Shown here: piece by piece, positions 57,367-64,000 of the stretch | Numbering within the stretch: position 1 is the first letter of the stretch | Layout of the letters: every line of letters starts with the position of its first letter | From: an uncultured delta proteobacterium | GTDB lineage: Bacteria; Myxococcota_A; Polyangia; Fen-1088 | DNA: 64,000 nucleotides | Assembly (NCBI GenBank): GCA_963796685.1 | Contig: CAWCMR010000008.1 | Coordinates: forward strand, 672,001 to 736,000 | Reading direction: 5' to 3' | Translations under genes and position numbers: made by a program | The notes under the pieces: generated by a model | Database searches by the model: none | The model's input: the letters and a program-made list of their open reading frames with translations, nothing else | Told to the model about the DNA's origin: nothing

Positions 57367-60300
57367 GTGGCATCCCTCAAGGTCATTTGCCCTAAGTGCT
57401 TCAAGGGACAGCAAGTCGTCGTCGAGATCCCACCAGGCGGTATCGACCACGTTTGCTCGTTTTGCAAGACTGCCTTCCGAATAAGACCGCCCGCGCGTCC
57501 TTCCTCGGACGATCTGCCCGTGGCGCGCGAGGCGGTCCCGAGGCCCGGCGATCTGCCGGCGCCACGCGAGGCCGTTCCCAAGCCCAGCGATCTGCCAGCC
57601 GCCCGAGAAGCGGTTCCTCGTCCCGGCGATCTGCCAGCGTCCCGGGAAGCGGTTCCCCGCCCGTCCGACCTGCCCATGGACCGCGATGCGGTTCCCCGCC
57701 CGTCCGACCTGCCCATGGACCGCGATGCGGTTCCCCGCCCGTCCGACCTGCCCATGGACCGCGATGCGGTTCCCCGCCCGTCCGACCTGCCCATGGACCG
57801 CGATGCGGCTCCCCGTCCCGGCGACTTGCCCACGGACCGCGATACGGCTCCCCGTCCCGGCGACCTGCCCACGGACCGCGATACGGCTCCCCGTCCCGGC
57901 GACCTGCCCACGGACCGCGATACGGCTCCCCGTCCCGGCGACTTGCTGCTCGACCGCGACGTCGTTCCTCGCCCGGGCGACTTGCCGACAGACAGGGCGC
58001 CTGGTCTCCAACGACCGGGAGCCTCGGCTGAGCGCTCGCCAAGCAAGACGCCTCCACTCGGCCTGGCCTTGGAGCTGTCATTCTCGCAAGCGCAGGATCC
58101 GCCAAGCGGGAGCGAGCCGCTCAAGCTCGGGGATCCCTTCGCCGATTCCATCGACCTGGGACTGCCGCCACCGCCCGAGCCTCCGCTGAAGAGAGCCTCG
58201 ACCAGCGCACGCCCGCCGGTCCAAGATGCAAGGCCGGAAGCGACGAAGCCGCCGCCACAACACAAGGTGCCGCCACCGCCACCGCGGGCTGGCGCCTCGA
58301 CGACGCCGCCGCCCGTCCCGCGCTCGGGGACCAGGCCCATCAATCCGCCGTCAGGGGCAAAGGCATCACCGGCATCCAGGCCAAGTCTGTCGCCCTTGGT
58401 ACCCACCCCGCCCGAGCCTGCGCTGCTATTCGATCAGGTCGATCCGGTGCCTGTGAATGTGCGTCCGGCTCGGCCGGCGAACCCGGGCAAGGCCGGCGGA
58501 GGCGAAAACCTGGACTTGGGCTTCAGCCTGGAGCTCGAAGGCGATTCTCGCTCCTCGTCGAGCGCCGGGCCCGCCGCCATACCGTTCCCGAACGCGCGTG
58601 TAGCCAGCGAGGGACTCGCCGAGGCCGCTGCGGCCAATGAGGACGAAATCCCGGCCCTGGCACCTCCCTCCAATCGCGGCACCTCGGCGGCACGGGCATT
58701 GCGCCCGGTGGCCAAGAAAAGCGGACTTCCGCGCTGGGCATACTTCGCCGCCGGCGGCACGGTCTTGGCGCTCGTCGGCGTGTTTGTCGGACTGCCCCTG
58801 CTTCACTCTGCGCCCAGTCCGGACTCGGTGATGAAACCGTTCTTGCCGGAGCTCGCGAAGGACAGCCTCGTCGCCTATCAAAGCGCGGCCGATCAGCTAA
58901 GCAAGACCGCCACCAAGTTCAAGGACAAGGGCGCGGATTTGCGCCTCAGAGCAGCCGAGCTGATTCTCACCGCCTTCGCGGCGCACGGCGGAGAGCCGGC
59001 CGATGTGACCCGAGCCGAGCAGCTCATGGAAGGCGAGAGCCACCAGAGCAAGCTGGCCCCCGCCCTTGGCCGTGCGCAAGCCTTGCTGGCCATCGCCAAG
59101 GGCAAGCCGCACGATGCCGAAAGCCTGCTCACCGACCGATCGACGGCGGAGAGCAACCTGATCTTGGGTCTGGCCCGCCTCGCCGACGACAAAGTGGGCC
59201 CGGCGACCGATGCGCTCCGTCGCTACGTCGCCGCCAAGCCGGCTGAAGCGCTTGGGCACTACTTGTTGGCCCGTGCCTTCACGGCCTCATCCAACCCGGA
59301 TGCGCGCAAGGAGCTGCAAGCGGTCTTGGCCAAGAATCCCGCCCACCTGGGCGCCAAGATCGGCATGGTTCGTTTCGAGGAGGACCTGGAGAAACGCCTG
59401 GCAGCCGCGCGCAGCCTGGCCGACAAGAAGGCGCCAGGGGCGGGTCCGGCCGAGCTCGCCGAGTTGCAGACTGCTCATCGGACAAACGGCGCAGACGCTG
59501 GGACGAACCCCCGAGGCCATCGATGCCTTCCAGCGCGCCATCTCCAGCGACAAACATCTCGTGGCAGCCTACATCGCTCTTGGCGAGTCCATGCTTTTCG
59601 AGGGGAAGTACCCGCAAGCCTTGGAACGGCTCAAGGCGGCGGGCCCGAGGCTGGAATCGACCCCGGCAGGCAAGTTCGCCATGGGTGGCGCCTTGATCGC
59701 CACCGGCAATGCCACGGAAGGGCTTGCGCTCATCGCTGCCGCCTCCAAGGAGCGCGCCGACGATCCGCGCGGTCCCTTCTGGACGGGGTTCGCCGCGGCC
59801 GCGAAACAGCCCCCCGATCTGCCAGCCGCCGAAATGGGTTATCGGGACGCCATCAAACGGGACCCGAAGTTCCTGCCCGCATCGCTCAAGCTGGCGGCGC
59901 TCCTACAGCAGCAGAACAAGGTCGAGGACTCGATGACCGTGCTGCGAACGGCGGAAGAGGCCGGCGCACCGCCCGCGGTGTTGCAGCTGGCCTGGGGCGA
60001 GGCCTTGATTGTGGCCAAGCAGCCGGACAAGGCCGAAGAGATTTTCCAGAAGGTGCTGGAAAGCGACCCGAAGTCCATGTCCGCCCGCCTGGGCGTGGCG
60101 GCTGCCCTCGAGGCGCAGGGCAAGCTCGCCGAGGCGAAGGCATCGCTGGAAAGCAGCCTCAAAGCTTCGCCGCAAACCCTGGGTCTGCGCGAGCGTCTGG
60201 CCCAGGTCTGCGTGAAGATGGGGGAGAAGAACGAGGCCCTGACACGCTACCAGGAGGAAATCCAGGCCGGCCACGCGACGCCGGCATTGGGCCTGGATGT

Positions 60301-61051
60301 GGCGAGGCTGGCTCTCGATTTGGGCAAGATCGAGCTCGTGCAGAGCGAAGCCAAAAAGGTCCTGGACGAATCTCCGCGCAATGCGGAGGCCGCCTACCTC
60401 ATGGCGCGCGTGCACGAGTCGCGCAATGAGTTCGGCGCAGCCGTGCAGGAATACCGCCATGCCACCACCTGGGGCAACACCCCGCAGTTCGCCCTGGCCT
60501 TCGGGCAACTCTTGGACAAGCTCGGCAAGCAGCCCGAAGCGCTTCAGTCCTACGCGAACGCGCTGTCGCTGCCGGAGACGCGCATGGCGCGAGGTCGCAT
60601 CTACTACCGCAGTGGCGACGTGGAAAGCGCCCTGGCCGATTTCCAGTCCGCGTCCAAGATGACCCCCGACGACATCGAACCCCTCATCTTGCAAGGCTGG
60701 TGCTACGACAAGATGGGGAACGCGTCCAAGGCCGAGGAAGCCTGGCGAGCAGCGTTGCGCGTCGATCCGGAAGCTCCCGAGCCACACTACCGCTTGGGCC
60801 GCATGGACATGGATCGCGCCAAGCCCACATCTGCCATCGAACACTTTCGCAAGGCTGCGGCCAAGGCGCCCGAAAAGATCGAGTGGCGCGCCGATCTGTA
60901 TTTCGGGCTTGCCCAGGCAGAGCTGCTGACCGGAGCCAAGGCGCTCGCCCTGGGAGATTTCAAGAAATACCTCGCCATTGCCCCGCCCGATGCACCGGCT
61001 CGTCCCGAGGCAACGCAAGAAGTGGCGCGCCTCGGCGGCGGCAAGAAGTAG
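57367..61051 (+). pseudogene. Zinc-ribbon / Pro-rich repeat / TM / TPR protein, frameshifted near 59470
   Basis: CPKC...CSFC; TM helix; TPRs continue in a second frame after one extra base (CAG A CTG CTC ATC). Confidence 0.75.
57511..57996 (+). repeat. 39-bp (13-aa) coding tandem repeat, 12 full units plus a partial one
   Basis: DLPxxR(E/D)xxPRP(G/S) units. Confidence 0.95.
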
Positions 61052-61151
61052 CTCTCGATCGTCGAACCGAAGGCGGGCTCCGTGCTGCGTGGACAGCCCC
61101 GCGCTGTCGGCCTCGGGCACACGGCGCTGCGGGTGCTATATAGGAAACGCG

Positions 61152-62492
61152 ATGCCCACGGTTTACGTCGAAACCTATGGCTGCCAGATGAATGTGGCCG
61201 ACACCGACATGGTCCTCGGCCTATTGGCCCAGGCCGGTTACGCGCGCACCGACGATCCGGCCGGCGCCGATGTAATCCTCATCAACACCTGCGCGGTGCG
61301 AGAGCGCGCGGTGGAGCGCGTGCGCGGCCGCGCCAGTGCCCTGGCCCAGTACAAAGTCGCCGCCGACAAGCGCGTGGTCCTGGGCATCACGGGTTGCGTG
61401 GCCGAGCACCTGCGAGGCGACCTGCGCGAGCAGGCGCCGTACGTGGATCTGGTGATCGGTCCCGACAGCTACCGCCGGCTGCCGGAGCACATCGAACGGG
61501 CGCGCCAGGGCGAAGCGGTGCAGGACACGGCGCTCGATCCGCACGAGACCTACCAAGGGCTCGACCCGTCCCGCACCATGACAGGCTCGGTGGTCGGTCA
61601 CGTCGCCATCCAGCGCGGCTGCGACCGTTTTTGCACGTTCTGTGTCGTGCCCTTCACGCGCGGACGCGAGCACGCCTCCTCCCCCGAGGAGGTGGTCCGC
61701 CAAGTGCGCGCCATGGCCGAGGGCGGCTTCCGCGAGGTACAGCTGCTTGGGCAGACCGTGAGCTCGTATCGATTTTCCGAGGGCGGGCGCGAGATCGGAT
61801 TCGCCGATCTCTTGCGCCAGGTGGCGGCGGTGGATGGCATCGAGCGCATTCGCTTCGTGTCGCCCTACCCGCTTGGCTTCACCACCGAGGTCATCGCAGC
61901 CATGGCCGAGCTGCCCAAGGTGTGCAAGCACGTGCACCTACCCCTGCAGTCGGCCTCGGACTCGGTGCTGGAGCGCATGCGCCGCGGCTACGATTTTGCA
62001 ACCTACGTGGGGCTGGTGCGGGCCCTGCGCGAGGCCATGCCCAGCATCGCCATCACCACCGATTTTCTGGTCGGCTTCTGCGGCGAGAGCGAGGCGGAGT
62101 TCGAGGAAACCTGCCGCGCGGTCGTCGAGCTGCGCTTCGACAATGCCTTCATGTTCGCCTATTCGGAACGCAAGGGAACGCTGGCCGCGCGCAAGCTGCC
62201 CGACGACGTGCCGCCCGAGGTAAAGCAACGGCGCCTGGCCCATGTGATCGAGGTGCAACGCGCGATCACCGCTGAAATCTATGCCGCCCAGGTGGGCCGA
62301 CGCGAGCGCGTGCTGTGCGAATCGCCGTCGCGCCGATCGCCGGACGAGCTGCTCGGCCGCACGGACAACTTCCGTCCGGTCATCGTGAGCGCGGGCGCGG
62401 CCGTGGGCGAGCTTGTCGACGTGGTCATCGATCGCGCCGGGCCTGGCACGCTGTACGGATGCCCACTTGGCGAGGGAGCTGCCCATGGCTGA
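61152..62492 (+). CDS. miaB: tRNA-i6A37 methylthiotransferase
   Basis: TYGCQMN, NTCAVRE, CDRFCTFC radical SAM motif, TRAM domain. Confidence 0.93.
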   Translation: MPTVYVETYGCQMNVADTDMVLGLLAQAGYARTDDPAGADVILINTCAVRERAVERVRGRASALAQYKVAADKRVVLGITGCVAEHLRGDLREQAPYVDLVIGPDSYRRLPEHIERARQGEAVQDTALDPHETYQGLDPSRTMTGSVVGHVAIQRGCDRFCTFCVVPFTRGREHASSPEEVVRQVRAMAEGGFREVQLLGQTVSSYRFSEGGREIGFADLLRQVAAVDGIERIRFVSPYPLGFTTEVIAAMAELPKVCKHVHLPLQSASDSVLERMRRGYDFATYVGLVRALREAMPSIAITTDFLVGFCGESEAEFEETCRAVVELRFDNAFMFAYSERKGTLAARKLPDDVPPEVKQRRLAHVIEVQRAITAEIYAAQVGRRERVLCESPSRRSPDELLGRTDNFRPVIVSAGAAVGELVDVVIDRAGPGTLYGCPLGEGAAHG

Positions 62493-63006
62493 CGGCAAGC
62501 GCGTCGCGGTCAGCTTCGTGTGCATGGGCAACATCTGCCGCTCTCCCACGGCCGAGGCGGTCATGCGCCACCTGGTGCGCGAGGCGGGTTTGCAGGACGC
62601 CATCGCCATCGACAGCGCGGGAACCGGTGCTTGGCACGTGGGTGAAGAGCGCGACCGGCGCAGCCGGACGGTGGCCAAGCAACGGGGTATGCCCATCACG
62701 GGACTGGCGCGCCAGTTCGTCCGCGGTGACTTCGATTGCTTCGATCTCGTGCTGGCGCTCGACGAGGAAAACGCCCGCGAGCTGCGGCGGCTTGCCCCGA
62801 CCGACGAAGCGCGCGCCAGAATCCATCTGTTGCGCGAGTTCGACAGGGACGCCGCACCGGGCGCGGAGGTTCCCGACCCGTACTATGGTGGCCCCGAGGG
62901 ATTCGAGAGGGTTTTCGACATCTGCCTTTCGGCTTGTCGCGGGCTTCTCGCTCATCTGCAAACGACCTACCGACTTCCAAGCAAGACACCTCGACTCGCG
63001 CCGTGA
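62485..63006 (+). CDS. Low-molecular-weight protein tyrosine phosphatase
   Basis: VCMGNICRS, DSAGT, VPDPYYG. Confidence 0.95.
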   Translation: MADGKRVAVSFVCMGNICRSPTAEAVMRHLVREAGLQDAIAIDSAGTGAWHVGEERDRRSRTVAKQRGMPITGLARQFVRGDFDCFDLVLALDEENARELRRLAPTDEARARIHLLREFDRDAAPGAEVPDPYYGGPEGFERVFDICLSACRGLLAHLQTTYRLPSKTPRLAP

Positions 63007-63854
63007 CTTCCGACCCGGTCATCTTCGCAGTCGAAGCGGCGCTGGGTAGCGCGGTCAGGACCTGGAGCGGGGTTTCCGGAGGTGATATCAACGAGGCCCA
63101 CGAGGTGCAGCTCGCCGATGGACGCCGGGTGTTCGTCAAGAGCAACCGCGATGCGCCCGCCAGGATGTTCGAGGCCGAGGCCCGCGGGCTCGATTGGCTC
63201 GGACAGGCCGGCGCGTTGCGCGTACCCGAGGTGATCGCGCGAGGGCCGAGCTTTCTCGCCCTCGAGCACCTTCGACCCGGGCGGCGCAGGCCTGACTTCG
63301 ACGAACGGCTCGGCCGGGGTCTGGCCGCGCTTCATCGCGCATCCGCGCCAAGCTTCGGCCTCGATCATGACAACTTCATCGGGCGGTTGCCCCAAGCCAA
63401 CCAGCCGCTGCCGACCTGGCCCGAGCTCTACCGCGAGCGCCGTCTGCTGCCCCAGCTACGCCTGGCCACCGATGGGCGCCGGGCCAGCCCGACCATGCGA
63501 CGCGAATTCGCCCGACTGCTGCCGCGCCTGGAAGACCTCGTCGGACCGCCCGAGCCGCCCGCCCGACTGCACGGCGATCTATGGGGTGGCAACGTCATGG
63601 TGGACGAACAAGGCATGCCTTGTCTGATCGATCCGGCCGTGTACGGCGGCCATCGCGAGGTGGATTTGGCCATGATGCAGCTGTTCGGCGGCTTCGGGCC
63701 TCGGGTTTTTTCGGCCTACCATGAGGCCTTCCCGCTGGCGCCCGGCCACGAGAAGCGGGTATCGCTGTACCAGCTCTATTTTCTGATGGTGCACGTGAAT
63801 TTGTTCGGCGGCGCCTACGTTGCTTCGGTCGAGCAGGCCCTGGCTGGGGTATGA
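63003..63854 (+). CDS. Fructosamine/ribulosamine kinase family protein
   Basis: GGDIN, FVK, LHGDLWGGN, IDPAVYGGHREVDLAM. Confidence 0.92.
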   Translation: MTSDPVIFAVEAALGSAVRTWSGVSGGDINEAHEVQLADGRRVFVKSNRDAPARMFEAEARGLDWLGQAGALRVPEVIARGPSFLALEHLRPGRRRPDFDERLGRGLAALHRASAPSFGLDHDNFIGRLPQANQPLPTWPELYRERRLLPQLRLATDGRRASPTMRREFARLLPRLEDLVGPPEPPARLHGDLWGGNVMVDEQGMPCLIDPAVYGGHREVDLAMMQLFGGFGPRVFSAYHEAFPLAPGHEKRVSLYQLYFLMVHVNLFGGAYVASVEQALAGV

Positions 63855-63888
63855 TCCTGGCCCCCGACCTCGCCCCGCCCCGGAACGA

Positions 63889-64000
63889 ATGAAGCCAAGA
63901 CATCCGCCGCACGCCTTCGTCTACCGCGCCGGGATCGGCCTCGCGGGGACGCACATCACCTGCGACGCCACGGGATTCCCGAGCGACCTCATCTTCGTGT
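63889..64000 (+). CDS. Partial CDS, possibly MBL-fold hydrolase
   Basis: MKPRHPP...CDATGFPSDLIFV runs off the window edge. Confidence 0.35.
   Translation, partial: MKPRHPPHAFVYRAGIGLAGTHITCDATGFPSDLIFV

Noticed and set aside
57511-57996. Possible CRISPR array
   Set aside because: Contiguous in-frame 39-bp units with no unique spacers; it is a coding repeat

Overview
GC-rich bacterial window, probably Myxococcota/Polyangia-like. This is inferred from a MYXO-CTERM protein, a Ser/Thr kinase-AAA-TPR protein and a perfect Myxococcus-type LexA box. The first ~4.8 kb is a mosaic mobile/defence hotspot. It holds an antitoxin followed by an attC-like site, and a group II intron inserted at a palindrome in a LexA-boxed DUF222 gene, with the intron RT fused in frame to an IS3 DDE integrase. 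It also has a Phd-PIN TA pair and an HTH/WYL-regulator N-terminus fused to a Cas3-like C-terminus. The rest looks chromosomal: ribA, signalling genes, an EAL gene plus an orphan ZorAB/MotAB-like pair, and a cobalamin riboswitch-btuB-btuG-like-cobT/cobS/cobU salvage cluster. Further on are an EmrAB-type pump, a sigma54 XylR/V4R regulator facing an M20 hydrolase-acetate kinase-pseudo-acetate kinase operon, and a double-Kelch MYXO-CTERM protein. The window ends with an 11-subunit complex I (no nuoEFG), a frameshifted repeat/TPR protein and miaB-LMW-PTP-fructosamine kinase. All calls rest on motifs recognised by eye; no searches were run.
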